A stretch of 64,000 nucleotides of DNA from Candidatus Helarchaeota archaeon (GCA_019058315.1 JAHPZH010000003.1:556451-620450); one strand, 5' to 3'. Counted from the stretch's first letter, positions 1-10,604 are shown. A program made the numbers and translations. Notes: generated by a model not told the origin, from the letters alone.

Positions 1-1470
1 TACAGAACGGCTATGAGGAATTCTATCAATAATAGTTATATCACTTTCTTTTTTGCGATAATTATTGATTTTAATTTCATATCCATATTCATTAGTTAAT
101 TTACCTTTCATTATACCTTTCTTTCCAACTTCCCTTTTAGTCAACTTTTTCTCTACTTTCATTTCATAGGAACGCCTAGCCCCTAATTTGAACTCTTCTC
201 CAGGAGAGATTACTTTAATACTAGTTTCACCTACGAAATCACCATCGACGTAGCACTTACATTTGCCAGGTAATAGAGTGGAATCTCCATTTTTGATCTT
301 TTCTTGTGCCACTAGTTGTTGATCTATTGAATTCCAATAGAATAGTCTAGTCGATGTCACTTCAATTTCTTGAAGTAAAACAGGATGTTTAGATCCATCT
401 GCTTTAATATCCATCTTTTTAGCGATCTTGTAATGTTGTACTCCAAAACTATCTTCAGAAAATGCAGCTTGTTCTATTTTCATTTCAACGGGTTCCGGTT
501 CTGGTTCGGCTAGCTCAGTAGTCAGATCATCCATTTTTGCTGGTTCTCTTTTCATTTTTTTACTAACTTTAGCCATTGCACGTCCAGTAGCTGGACCACC
601 CGCATAATAGTCATAAGGTTGATATTCTTGGATATACCAAGGCGCAGGTTCTATAATTCTTACCGGTTTAAATGTTGCTGTGGAAATCTCCAAATCTATA
701 TCTTCCCAATCTTCTAATGTTTTATTAACAACATCTGCTCGATAATTAATCATCGTTTCAGTTTCACTAATTAACACATCATAACTTGGCGTCCAAGAAG
801 CACCTCGAATTTGATACATAATGTTTAATTGGAAAGCTCCCGCACTTTCTGCTTCTATAGTAACTAGAACATCGTAATATTCTTCAACTCTTTGAGCTTG
901 ACCACCAAGTTTTTGAATTTCATAATTCACTTTATCAATTTCTATTGAATTTTTTTCAATTGTTTCATCCAATTCAGCCATTTTTCTTTGCATTTCCAAA
1001 ATATTTTCAGTTGAATATGTATGCATATCTTTTAGATTTTGTAGTTCTGACTCCCCTGCAGCGAAGAATTTCGGAAATTCTGCTGTGAAATTATTTACAA
1101 TATTCTTGAAATTCTCTTGATTAATGGATAGATGGTTTTTTTCTTCATTTAATGCTGTCCTATCTTTTTGAAGTTGCTTTAATTTATCTTGTAATTCATC
1201 TAACTCTTTTAATCCTGTTACTTCTTTATAAACATAGTTTACTTCAACGTCTACTAATGTTGCTGTTATACCTTTTCCGGATCCCCTTACACGGACACTA
1301 TCTTTTTCTAAAAATTTTGAAATTTGACCGACTTTTAGTATATTTATGCCTTTATCTATAGAAATCTCCTCGCTCATACGAGTAACTCTTGCACCATCAA
1401 GGAAAACGACAGCACCTATGATATCAGTCTTAATCTCTTGACTATCATCCTTTACTTGATTTTCTGCCAT
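1..1470 (-). CDS. DUF4140/DUF4139 (MuiA-like) protein, 3' end outside the window
   Basis: Not in the ORF track; translated by hand from ATG at 1470: MAENQVKDD...VVFLDGARVTR...DSVRVRG...ASWTPSYD...NKTLEDWEDIDLEIST...LLPGKCKCYVDGDFVGET...IIDRIPHS. These motifs are typical of the family. The frame is open to base 1. Confidence 0.85.
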   Translation of the reverse strand, partial: MAENQVKDDSQEIKTDIIGAVVFLDGARVTRMSEEISIDKGINILKVGQISKFLEKDSVRVRGSGKGITATLVDVEVNYVYKEVTGLKELDELQDKLKQLQKDRTALNEEKNHLSINQENFKNIVNNFTAEFPKFFAAGESELQNLKDMHTYSTENILEMQRKMAELDETIEKNSIEIDKVNYEIQKLGGQAQRVEEYYDVLVTIEAESAGAFQLNIMYQIRGASWTPSYDVLISETETMINYRADVVNKTLEDWEDIDLEISTATFKPVRIIEPAPWYIQEYQPYDYYAGGPATGRAMAKVSKKMKREPAKMDDLTTELAEPEPEPVEMKIEQAAFSEDSFGVQHYKIAKKMDIKADGSKHPVLLQEIEVTSTRLFYWNSIDQQLVAQEKIKNGDSTLLPGKCKCYVDGDFVGETSIKVISPGEEFKLGARRSYEMKVEKKLTKREVGKKGIMKGKLTNEYGYEIKINNYRKKESDITIIDRIPHSRSV

Positions 1471-1612
1471 ATTTTTCACAATTAATAATTTTAATGAAAA
1501 TTTATTACCCTTTTAAAATAAATTTTCGTAATAAGGTAATTTAAAAATTGAATTTTTTAAAATAAAAAAAGATCATTTAGCTAAATCACACAATCTTTCA
1601 TGAGTTTTAATA

Positions 1613-2353
1613 ATGGAATTAAAATTACACATTAAAATAGCTTTTTTGATGATGTTATTCGGTGGAATCTTTTTTATAATTGCCTTTAATACTTTCTGGT
1701 CTGTGGCAGGGATATTAATATTGGCTGGAGGGTTCGGAATTTTTTTGATCTATTACGAAAAACCATGGATAGAGAAAAAATATCTAAAAAAGGGTTTAAT
1801 TTTTACATTATTTTTTGCTATCGTTTATGGAATTTTAGAATATGTCTTTTTCGATGCGACTTGGAATTATTGGTTTAAGATATCAGCTTGGTTTCCTAGT
1901 AAATATCTATATTGGGTATTTATGGCAGTATTAAATTTTTCTTTAGTCTTTGTTATATCTAGAAAGTCCATAGCTCTTGCTTTTTTATCAGTTCCTTTAT
2001 TTTCGGTTAATGAAGATTTATGGTACTGGATAACCAAATCAATCCATCACGGAATTTATGTATTTCCAGTTCCTAATTGGTTTGATCAAAGATTTCCAGT
2101 CTTTGGACTTGGAGAACCAATACCTTTTTTCCCTTTCTTTCCACGTTTCTACTTTATTTTATGGTCATTAATAGTTATATTATTAATTATCCAGTTTAAA
2201 GATTTAGAAAATAAAAATTTAATAATTTCTATATGTATTTTCTGCGTTTGCTCCTTTCTTTTGTTACTTTTAGTACCCCAATATTTTTCCAAAATGACAA
2301 GTGGACTATTTTATTTCTTTTATCATGTTCAGCACAAAATAATATTTTTATAA
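1613..2353 (+). CDS. Multi-pass membrane protein, function unknown
   Basis: 246 aa with about 7 hydrophobic segments and an EDLWYW motif. Confidence 0.7.
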   Translation: MELKLHIKIAFLMMLFGGIFFIIAFNTFWSVAGILILAGGFGIFLIYYEKPWIEKKYLKKGLIFTLFFAIVYGILEYVFFDATWNYWFKISAWFPSKYLYWVFMAVLNFSLVFVISRKSIALAFLSVPLFSVNEDLWYWITKSIHHGIYVFPVPNWFDQRFPVFGLGEPIPFFPFFPRFYFILWSLIVILLIIQFKDLENKNLIISICIFCVCSFLLLLLVPQYFSKMTSGLFYFFYHVQHKIIFL

Positions 2354-2602
2354 TATTTTTTGAAAAAAATTTAAAATTTTTAGATTAGCATTCGTCCTTT
2401 ATAAGATTTTCCCAATTTCATCAAATTTTAAAAATTTAAAATTTTATGAGGTATATAAAGGAGTAACTACTTTTAAATAGGACCTTGTCCTTTTAAGATA
2501 ACGATTAAAATTGAATTTCATGTCAATTTTGAAACAACTTGATAAAACTGCTTTTTTTTATTTTTCACTTAAATGTATAAAATATTTTATGTGATCTACT
2601 AG

Positions 2603-4147
2603 ATGAGACAAGTTCAAATCACTATACCAAATGAAAAGTTACGTGAGGTTCTTGATGCCCTATTAGAATATAATGTAAAGGGCATCCACACAATTTCTGG
2701 AGATACAGATAGTCTTATGATTTTCCGGATTCAGACCACAAGAGTTCCCGACGTTATAGAGAAACTAAATTCTATCGGAGTTGGGGTTGTAAGTGGTATT
2801 ATTGACATTTTAGAAGTTAAGGCTACTGTTCCTCCTTTGGAGTCTTTAACTGCAAAAGAAGAACAAAATATAAAATCAAAGGTTCCAGTTGAAGAATTAT
2901 ATCGAGAGTTAGTTTCCAATTCAGAATTGACATATAAATTTATAATGTTTTCACTTTTAGCAGCACTTTTAGCAGGATTTGGTTTAGTATATAATAATAG
3001 TGTAGTTATTATTGCTGCGATGGTCTTAGCCCCATTACTCGGTCCAATTTTAGCACTTTCATATGCTTTTGTTGTTAAAGATCGTAATTTGATAAAACTT
3101 GCTATGAAAGCTGAATGTATTGGTTTTATCATAGCTTTAACCTGTGGAATAATACTAGGTGTAATTTTTATAACAATTGTTCCCATGTTACGACCTTGGA
3201 TATTCCGACCATTTTTAGAAAGTAATTTATTTTCGCCATTACCATATGAATTATGGGTACCCAATGAAATTCTTGTTCGAGGAAAATGGGATTTTTTAAC
3301 TGTTAATATTGCTATTGCATTCATTATGGGAATTGCGGTTGGTTTTTCACTAACTGAGGGTATACAAGGTAATGTAGTTGGAATAGCAATTGGATCCTCA
3401 ATATTACCCCCCATTGTTAATGCAGGTATATGCTTTGCAATTTTTGAGTTTGGATTAGCTGTTGTTAGTTCAATAATTTTTCTGATCAACTTCTCAGTCA
3501 TTACTATAACGTCAATTGTCATTTTTGAAATAAAGAAAATACGCGCACCGATTAAAACTTACTTCCTTTGGCGTGGACCACGACTTCCTCAAGAAAAGGT
3601 TGAAGAAGAACCTCCAAGTGTCGTTTCCCGATTATTTGGGAGATTTAGGAGAAAACAACCAGTAGAAAAGAAAAAAGTGAAAAAGGTTCCCAGAAAAGAG
3701 AGAAAGAAAGATATAAAACCTACAAAAATAGAAGAACCAAAATTACATGAAGAAATTAAAACAGAAATTAAAGAAGTAGTTAAAGAAGCTATTAAAGAGG
3801 AGATTAAAAAAGATTCAGTAAAAGATGAAAAGGATAAAAAGAAGACCGAGAAATTGGAGAAAGATATGAAGAGAGAGATTCAGAAAGAAATTAAAAAAGC
3901 TGTAAAAGAAGCTATTAAAGAAGAAGTAAAAAAGAGTCCAGCAAAAGAAGAAAAAGAAGCACCAAAGTTAGAAAAAGATGAAATAAAGGAAGTTATCAAA
4001 GAAGCAATAAAAGAAGAAATTAAAAAGGATGCAGTCAAAGAAGAAAAAGAAGCTCCTAAATTGGAAAAAGAAGAGATTAAAGAAGTCATCAAAGAAGTTA
4101 TTAAGGAAGAAATTAAAAAAGACTCAAAAAAGGATAATAAAAAATAA
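2603..4147 (+). CDS. TIGR00341/DUF389 membrane protein with long charged repetitive C-terminal tail
   Basis: Motifs MRQVQITIP, GLVYNNSVVIIAAMVLAPLLGPI and VGIAIGSSILPPIVNAG; K/E-rich tail. Confidence 0.85.
   Translation: MRQVQITIPNEKLREVLDALLEYNVKGIHTISGDTDSLMIFRIQTTRVPDVIEKLNSIGVGVVSGIIDILEVKATVPPLESLTAKEEQNIKSKVPVEELYRELVSNSELTYKFIMFSLLAALLAGFGLVYNNSVVIIAAMVLAPLLGPILALSYAFVVKDRNLIKLAMKAECIGFIIALTCGIILGVIFITIVPMLRPWIFRPFLESNLFSPLPYELWVPNEILVRGKWDFLTVNIAIAFIMGIAVGFSLTEGIQGNVVGIAIGSSILPPIVNAGICFAIFEFGLAVVSSIIFLINFSVITITSIVIFEIKKIRAPIKTYFLWRGPRLPQEKVEEEPPSVVSRLFGRFRRKQPVEKKKVKKVPRKERKKDIKPTKIEEPKLHEEIKTEIKEVVKEAIKEEIKKDSVKDEKDKKKTEKLEKDMKREIQKEIKKAVKEAIKEEVKKSPAKEEKEAPKLEKDEIKEVIKEAIKEEIKKDAVKEEKEAPKLEKEEIKEVIKEVIKEEIKKDSKKDNKK
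3944..4129 (+). repeat. Two tandem 93-bp (31-aa) coding repeats, with more degenerate copies upstream
   Basis: Unit KEEKEAPKLEK(D/E)EIKEVIKE(A/V)IKEEIKKD starts at 3944 and again at 4037. Confidence 0.85.
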
Positions 4148-4296
4148 ATTGTTAATTTATTCAACTAATTAAAATATTTCAATATATTAAATGGAATTTA
4201 ATTTTAAATTTCTTTATTTGAAAATATTACTTCTAATTTTTGGAATTTTAAAAGTGGGATAATTTTATTAAACTTTTTTCAAAAAAAAAGAAGAGA

Positions 4297-5802
4297 TTAA
4301 AGTTTCCAACTATTGAATGTACCAACGTTATCGATGTAGGATACGCCAGGTCCTAAAGGACCTTGAATGGCTTGAACTGGTGCCGGATTATTCCAAGGAA
4401 CATGATTTTGACCAGCAGTAAATGCATTCATGAGTGTATTACCTTGAGTTCTTAATGATAACCAAAAATCATGAAAGAAAAAACTTCCTGCGAAATGAAA
4501 ATTAGTTGCCATGACCCAATACCAGGATAATCTATTCGGTGCTGAGGATCCAATTAAGATCCTATTTGGTGAAGAACTTAGAAATGGTTGTATAAAATTT
4601 CCTGCAAAACACATATCAGCCATTAAGATGAGCAGCTTACAGTTTATAGTATTTAAGAGATCATTCGTTAGTCTCTCAGTTACAAATCCTCCAGTATCGA
4701 AATGAAATGTTGCATTTCCTTTATCTATGGGTGTAGGGTCAAAGATATTACCCCCATGATCAATCATATAGATTAATACTTCATCCTTCGATTTAATTTT
4801 TGATGCGAAAGAACCAGGAATAGAGGCATTTAATTCCCTTATGAATCTTGATCTATTAACATCATTACCTACTACATCTATATAAGGAGCAGTATAGGTA
4901 TAATCATTAAGGAAAGGATTCCACACTCTTACATCGGTATCTCCAGCATTTATCATGAGAAATATATTTTCATCTTTCCAACTATTATTTCTAAGAGCCC
5001 AATAGGATTGAATTGCTTGTGCAGGAAAGCCATCTGTCTGTGTTTGATTAGCGCTTGAACCAGGGTTAGTGACATTTATGGTCAAATTCACCCTAAGAGT
5101 ATCAAAAAAAACCTCATTCATTCCTGGAACTGTTCCGGTTTCGCATCCAAAAACTAGTTTACAACCAGCGCCGGTTTGATTAGCATAAGATGGGCATTGA
5201 GAAAGTATTCTAGTATTTTGCCAAATACCTCCAGTGTTTATTTCGTATCCATCCCAAGTCCAACTACTAGGGTTTGGATCACTAACATTTGAAGTCCAAT
5301 TAAATCCGACATATACTTTAGAAGTTGGAGATGCAGAATTATTTTGTACCCAAATTGATAAACAATAGCCAAATTCTGGCCAACATATATCATTATCTAT
5401 CCAATTTTCCCATTGACCTTTATCGCCTATCATATCGGTCATAATATAAAGACAACCAGGGTCAATATCTGTATCATTCTTACCATTGAGAGTATCATAA
5501 TTAAAAGTGGGATTACCAGCAACGGTTACTTCATACCAATCAGGAGGACTTGGAGAAACATCAAGATCAGGATTAGGTGTAACACCAGGCGTTATATCCG
5601 ATTCATGAAAAGTGTGTGAGGAAGCAATAATTAATGCCCATTTTTCAGAAGCAGCAGTAGGACTTGGAACTAAAAGTATAACTCCGGGATTGATTGTCTC
5701 TGGTTTAAAGAGGCCTGGAATAAAGAAAAACCCGATAAAACCAGAAATTAGTAGAACTCCAGCTAGAACTCCGAAAGTTGCTTTTTTACTCATATTAATC
5801 AT
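4297..5802 (-). CDS. Membrane-anchored clan CD (C13 legumain/caspase-like) cysteine peptidase
   Basis: N-terminal TM segment; KWALIIA first strand; His motif LIYMIDHGG; Cys motif MADMCFAG. Confidence 0.75.
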   Translation of the reverse strand: MINMSKKATFGVLAGVLLISGFIGFFFIPGLFKPETINPGVILLVPSPTAASEKWALIIASSHTFHESDITPGVTPNPDLDVSPSPPDWYEVTVAGNPTFNYDTLNGKNDTDIDPGCLYIMTDMIGDKGQWENWIDNDICWPEFGYCLSIWVQNNSASPTSKVYVGFNWTSNVSDPNPSSWTWDGYEINTGGIWQNTRILSQCPSYANQTGAGCKLVFGCETGTVPGMNEVFFDTLRVNLTINVTNPGSSANQTQTDGFPAQAIQSYWALRNNSWKDENIFLMINAGDTDVRVWNPFLNDYTYTAPYIDVVGNDVNRSRFIRELNASIPGSFASKIKSKDEVLIYMIDHGGNIFDPTPIDKGNATFHFDTGGFVTERLTNDLLNTINCKLLILMADMCFAGNFIQPFLSSSPNRILIGSSAPNRLSWYWVMATNFHFAGSFFFHDFWLSLRTQGNTLMNAFTAGQNHVPWNNPAPVQAIQGPLGPGVSYIDNVGTFNSWKL

Positions 5803-5911
5803 CCTTGATAATTATTAGTATTAATTTAATATTAATTTGATATAAATATCTTGAGAGTTCTAGAAAATATTGTATTATCTGAAATTGGCTAATATATCGT
5901 GCATTAAAGAT

Positions 5912-6646
5912 TTATATTTGGTGTAGTGCTGCAAAAAAAGAGTCAGTTTTTTCTAAAAATTTGTGTACATCTCTTATAACATGATATAAATCTTTATTCC
6001 AAATATTAATGCTAGTATTTGAGAGTAATAATTCAGTTTCAGTAGCAAAATCTGGTTTAATATCTGCTGACTGTATTATATCAGATCCCATTATATTTGA
6101 ATACATACATTCAAAACAAGTTCCAGTTAAAAGTTCAAATTGAGTTTCAAATTTTTGAAGAAATTGGTTAATCTTGGCGTTCCACTCAACAGCTATATTA
6201 TATTTTTTATATCTATTATAAATTTTAAAAGCTTCATAGAATATCTTATATTTTAGTTTTTCTAAAGAATTTTTTATTTTATCTTTCATATATATTCTAA
6301 ATTGCCTAAATGGATAAACATCATGGTCCCAATTAGTCAAATCATACTTATTTTTAAATTCTTGAAGAATATATTTCACTACTGAAGTTACTTCCTCCCC
6401 ATCATCCTCGAAATCCACAGAGATTACACCGATAAGAGGAGGTAAATGGACAAAATATAATCGATTATTAAGCATACCCATATCTGTAATTAGTTCCTTA
6501 TCGGATTTCATAAGCTCTCGAATAAAATTTAAAATTGCTGCAAAAAAACCTGAAGCTAAATCGGGATCTATTTTAAGACTCCCAACGGTAATGTCTACTA
6601 ATGATATTCCATCTTTTTCTAATAAATAGAGATTATGTACTACCAT
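5912..6646 (-). CDS. Longin-like domain protein
   Basis: N-terminal pattern NLYLLEKDGISL...DPDLASGFFAAILNFIREL of Asgard longin folds. Confidence 0.7.
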   Translation of the reverse strand: MVVHNLYLLEKDGISLVDITVGSLKIDPDLASGFFAAILNFIRELMKSDKELITDMGMLNNRLYFVHLPPLIGVISVDFEDDGEEVTSVVKYILQEFKNKYDLTNWDHDVYPFRQFRIYMKDKIKNSLEKLKYKIFYEAFKIYNRYKKYNIAVEWNAKINQFLQKFETQFELLTGTCFECMYSNIMGSDIIQSADIKPDFATETELLLSNTSINIWNKDLYHVIRDVHKFLEKTDSFFAALHQI

Positions 6647-6916
6647 TTTCTACACGCATTTACAAGATCGAAATAATAGAATCCTTTGTTTTTACCTCTT
6701 CACTTTTGTATATTAAAACCACTATTAAAGTTTTTTTGATTTGAATCGAAATCTCGGAATATTGTATTAGTTATGTCAAAATTAAAGAGAATAATTGCTA
6801 AAAATCCAATTTAAATGAAGATCTATGTTGAAATTCGCAAGTTTATATAGTTTATTTTGAGAAAATTTTGATAAAAATAATAAGAACTATTTTCAGATAA
6901 AGCGGTTATTAAAATT

Positions 6917-8395
6917 TTAAGAAAGTGTTTTGTAATAATCTATCATATTTTTAAACAGGTTTGGAATAATATTTTTTTGTAAATAACCCGACATTGCAAA
7001 CCTGTGACCACCATATTGCATATCTGCATTTAATTCATTTTTGGTCTTTTTATATACTTTTTTAGCATCAGCAAATTCCATATCTTGATCTATCATTTCC
7101 CAAATTTTTTCATGTGCTCGAACACTGACTTTATATTGTGTTTCGTCCATTTTACAAGAGGATAGCACTATCTCAAGATTTGGATTTTGTTTCATAATCA
7201 CTCCTGCAACTACACCAACTTCGTCATAAAAAATATAATCGGTAAAATCAATCAGAACAACTTTTCCATCACAAGCTGTTTTAATAGGCAAAATTCCGTT
7301 ATTATAAGCGTTTAATGCCTCAGCAACTTCTTGATCTCCTATTTTATGCATTTCTTCAATCTCATTTTGAACATCCATAGGCACTTTTTGATCATTTAAT
7401 AAAGTCAGTGCTAAATCCCAATGGCCCAGTCTACAACAGTAATTAATACGATGGAGAATTTCTCTGGGATCTAAACTGAATCTTCCGTCTGCTGTTTTAG
7501 TACAATCCCAACCCCGCAAAGCTTCTAAGTCATATGTTGGTTTAATGACTTCTTTTTTCAAGAATTTCTTTACATCAACTTTAGCGATTGAAATAATACG
7601 GTTTATAATAATATTCAATATTTTTTGTTTTTCTTCTTTATTTAGATCTATTATTCTTCTCCAATAATCGCCATCTTTGGGTTGGATTGTGGAATTTATA
7701 ATATCGCGACAAAAATGATAATCCGAAAATCCAGGAATCCCAGATCTATTGATAGTAATATATACGGGATAAAGTCCCCTACCGAATAATGAAATATCTG
7801 TGGTTACCTTTACAGCCCCGCTTGTTTTTGCCATTTTTAATATTACTTCATTTATTTTCCCAATTTTTTTTTGAAATTGAAAATCAGAAATTGCTCCTGA
7901 TATTGCATAGGCTAGAATAACTTTTCCGATATTTTTTTCCCAAAATGAATTATCAAATAAATGTCTAATTAATGAGAATGCAGTTGTTGATCCCGACGCA
8001 TCAATTTCGTCATCTAATCCAAATTCTATACAATTAAGTTGTCTCTCACCATACATACCCGATTTATTTGGGTGATGGTCTGTAATCAAAAAATCAGAAA
8101 CATGTTTTTCAAGAATAGGAGCAAATGCTGATCCTATATCACATGTAAGAACGTATTTTGGAGAATTCTCTATTAACAAAGAATTTAGTTGATCAAGATC
8201 CGGAGAAAGTAGAATATAGGGTATAATTTTATGAAAACCTAATTCTCTTAATCCTTGTAATAATACACTAGTTGCTGAAATTCCATCCCCATCTCGATGA
8301 CCAATAATCATAATTTTAGATTTTCTGTTCCATGAATTTAGTCTTTCTGAAAGATTTTTTGCTTTTTCGAAGAAAGAGGACATATATGTCATCAA
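6917..8395 (-). CDS. Archaeal RecJ/Cdc45-like DHH phosphoesterase
   Basis: GHRDGDG, TCDIGS, TDHH and C-terminal DHHA1 motif GGHRFAMSG. Confidence 0.8.
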   Translation of the reverse strand: MMTYMSSFFEKAKNLSERLNSWNRKSKIMIIGHRDGDGISATSVLLQGLRELGFHKIIPYILLSPDLDQLNSLLIENSPKYVLTCDIGSAFAPILEKHVSDFLITDHHPNKSGMYGERQLNCIEFGLDDEIDASGSTTAFSLIRHLFDNSFWEKNIGKVILAYAISGAISDFQFQKKIGKINEVILKMAKTSGAVKVTTDISLFGRGLYPVYITINRSGIPGFSDYHFCRDIINSTIQPKDGDYWRRIIDLNKEEKQKILNIIINRIISIAKVDVKKFLKKEVIKPTYDLEALRGWDCTKTADGRFSLDPREILHRINYCCRLGHWDLALTLLNDQKVPMDVQNEIEEMHKIGDQEVAEALNAYNNGILPIKTACDGKVVLIDFTDYIFYDEVGVVAGVIMKQNPNLEIVLSSCKMDETQYKVSVRAHEKIWEMIDQDMEFADAKKVYKKTKNELNADMQYGGHRFAMSGYLQKNIIPNLFKNMIDYYKTLS

Positions 8396-8533
8396 TTTTT
8401 TTATCTAGTATTTTGTAAGTAATATTTCTTGGAATAAAAATTTTCTCTAATAGCCTTTTCTATAGAGATACTTATAGACCTCTATTAAAATAATATAGGC
8501 TCAAGAAGAAAAGTGATAAAATGGTAAATAAGC

Positions 8534-8821
8534 TCAATCAATCATTTTTATAATAAGCTTTTCACAAGCAGGTTCACAAATTTTTCTAACACCGCGTTCC
8601 CCTGGTTCGTAATGGCTTATTATTAAACCGGCATTCTCGAGAATTTTTACCTGTGCACTTATATTTGCTTCAGTCTGGTTTAGTGATTCGGCAATTCGTG
8701 AAATATCCAATTTTTTATCGCTTTTTAGTAATTTCAAGATATTCAAACGGGTTTTTGATGCTAAAGCTTTAAAAATTGGACTGGCTTCGCCATTGCTAAT
8801 TTCAATTTCCGGTTTTGGCAT
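8534..8821 (-). CDS. ArsR-family HTH regulator (probable start MPKPE at 8821; the track start is 8914)
   Basis: IFKALASKTRLNILKLL...ISRIAESLNQTEANISAQVKILENAGLI. Confidence 0.85.
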   Translation of the reverse strand: MPKPEIEISNGEASPIFKALASKTRLNILKLLKSDKKLDISRIAESLNQTEANISAQVKILENAGLIISHYEPGERGVRKICEPACEKLIIKMID

Positions 8822-8916
8822 TATAATTTCCCAAAAATTTGCAAACTGTTTTTCGGTATAGAAATATTCGCATTTATTAGAAATATTTTTTGAAATAAAA
8901 ATATTCGCATTCATTT

Positions 8917-9522
8917 TTAAACTAGTTTTTTAAACTTAAGAAAACATATCCCTTCCGAAATATCACTTTCTAATTTTTTGAAATTAAATTCATTTAGGAT
9001 ACCTTCGTAAATCTTAGAAATACATTCAATGTATTCCTTATTTAACGTTTTTCCAAAAATTCGTAATTCTATTTCCTTTGGATTATTGAGATTTGGTATT
9101 TTATTTAATTTAACTTCAGTACCATGCCAAAATATATCCTTGCTTACAATCTCAATTTTATTTAGCTCTTCTTCTGGAAATCTTACTTTAGAATAACTGG
9201 CAATCCATTTACCATAATTAAAATAAAGCTCAAGGATTCTTTCTTTCCCTTCAGTTTTAAATGCCCAATTGTGAACTAAATTACCTAATTTTAAAGGTAT
9301 AAATATCATATTAACATCTCTAGCAATCATGAGATTTTCATAATTATTTATAACTTCAGAGCATTTTCCAAGTTTTTCTTCATGACAATAAATGGTTGCC
9401 TCTAAAGCTTCGTTAATTAAGGAAAATAAGGTTACACCCTCTTTTTTTGCGATATTAGCCAGTTTCTCAGCTAATTCTTTATTAATTGCAATAGTTTTTC
9501 TCTCTTGAGTAATGGAAATCAC
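8917..9522 (-). CDS. Ribbon-helix-helix + V4R-like domain protein, paralog 1
   Basis: RKTIAINKELAEKLANIAKKEGVTLFSLINEALE fits an RHH; collinear with 9705..10334. Confidence 0.6.
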   Translation of the reverse strand: MISITQERKTIAINKELAEKLANIAKKEGVTLFSLINEALEATIYCHEEKLGKCSEVINNYENLMIARDVNMIFIPLKLGNLVHNWAFKTEGKERILELYFNYGKWIASYSKVRFPEEELNKIEIVSKDIFWHGTEVKLNKIPNLNNPKEIELRIFGKTLNKEYIECISKIYEGILNEFNFKKLESDISEGICFLKFKKLV

Positions 9523-9704
9523 CTCTCCTATTCTTTTAATAAGTAATTAAAAGATAGAGTATAGGATTGAAAGAATTTTTCCACCCACTATTAGTTACTT
9601 TTATTTTTATCCCTTAAAAACTTGAACTTTTTAATATTAAAAAGTAAAATAGTAAAAAACTAAAAAACAAAACTGTAAAAGATTAGAATTTTAAAAACTA
9701 GGAA

Positions 9705-10334
9705 TTATTCTATTTTTTTTAGGTTTAGGAGGCATATTCCTTGAGAAATTTCCTTTTTCGTCGTTTTATATTTGAATTCATGAAATATACCTTCGTAGGC
9801 ACTAACAATACACTCTAAATATTCAACTTCCAATTCTTGACCAAAAACCCGCAATTGAATTTCATCAGGATCTTCGTCATTTGGAATATATTTGATTTCA
9901 AACTCAGTATTAGTCCAATAGAGAGTTTTATTTACACTTTCAAAGATTTTTAATCGATTTTGTGGAAACCGAACTCTTGTATAATTAGCGATCCACTTGC
10001 CATATTGGTACCAGTTAGTTAGTAGTTCATCCCAGCCATCTGTTTGAAAAGCGAGTTTATTTACTAAATTTTCTAATTTTAGAGGAACGAGAATCATACC
10101 AATATCTTTTGCTAACATAAGATCTTGGTAATTTTTTATTAGATCAGATAATTTTCCAAGTTTAGTTTCATGAGCGAAAATTGCAGTTTCCAATATTTCA
10201 TTAATTAGCGAAAAAAGGGTCATGCCTTCTTTTTTAGCAATCTCCGCTAATTTTTCTGCATTTTCTTTATTAACTGCTATTGTTTTTCTCTCATGAGTCG
10301 TTCTGGTAGCCTCCGTTTTCCCTTCCACAAACAA
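9705..10334 (-). CDS. Ribbon-helix-helix + V4R-like domain protein, paralog 2
   Basis: RKTIAVNKENAEKLAEIAKKEGMTLFSLINEILE; shares YGKWIA.Y..VRFP and EY.ECI...YEGI with its neighbour. Confidence 0.6.
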   Translation of the reverse strand: MFVEGKTEATRTTHERKTIAVNKENAEKLAEIAKKEGMTLFSLINEILETAIFAHETKLGKLSDLIKNYQDLMLAKDIGMILVPLKLENLVNKLAFQTDGWDELLTNWYQYGKWIANYTRVRFPQNRLKIFESVNKTLYWTNTEFEIKYIPNDEDPDEIQLRVFGQELEVEYLECIVSAYEGIFHEFKYKTTKKEISQGICLLNLKKIE

Positions 10335-10604
10335 TTTTTTTATCTTATAAAAGAATTGATTTTAGTGTGTATATAAAAGAATATAAATTTATATATAAAA
10401 TTCGAGTTTTCAAAAAATTAAATATTTTAAATATTATGACTTTGAACTAAATAGAAAAAAAAATTAGGTGAATTTAGATAGTTAAACAATTTTTTAGTAG
10501 TAGTAAACTTGATGAATTTACTGTTTCAAATCATAAGGATCATTATTTAAGATTATTTAGATTAAATATATTTTTATATTATCTGAGATTTAAATGGTGG
10601 TATT

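Noticed and set aside
2731-4164. Antisense ORFs 2731..3522 and 3880..4164
   Set aside because: They shadow the DUF389 gene on the opposite strand; their composition is the codon mirror of the real gene.
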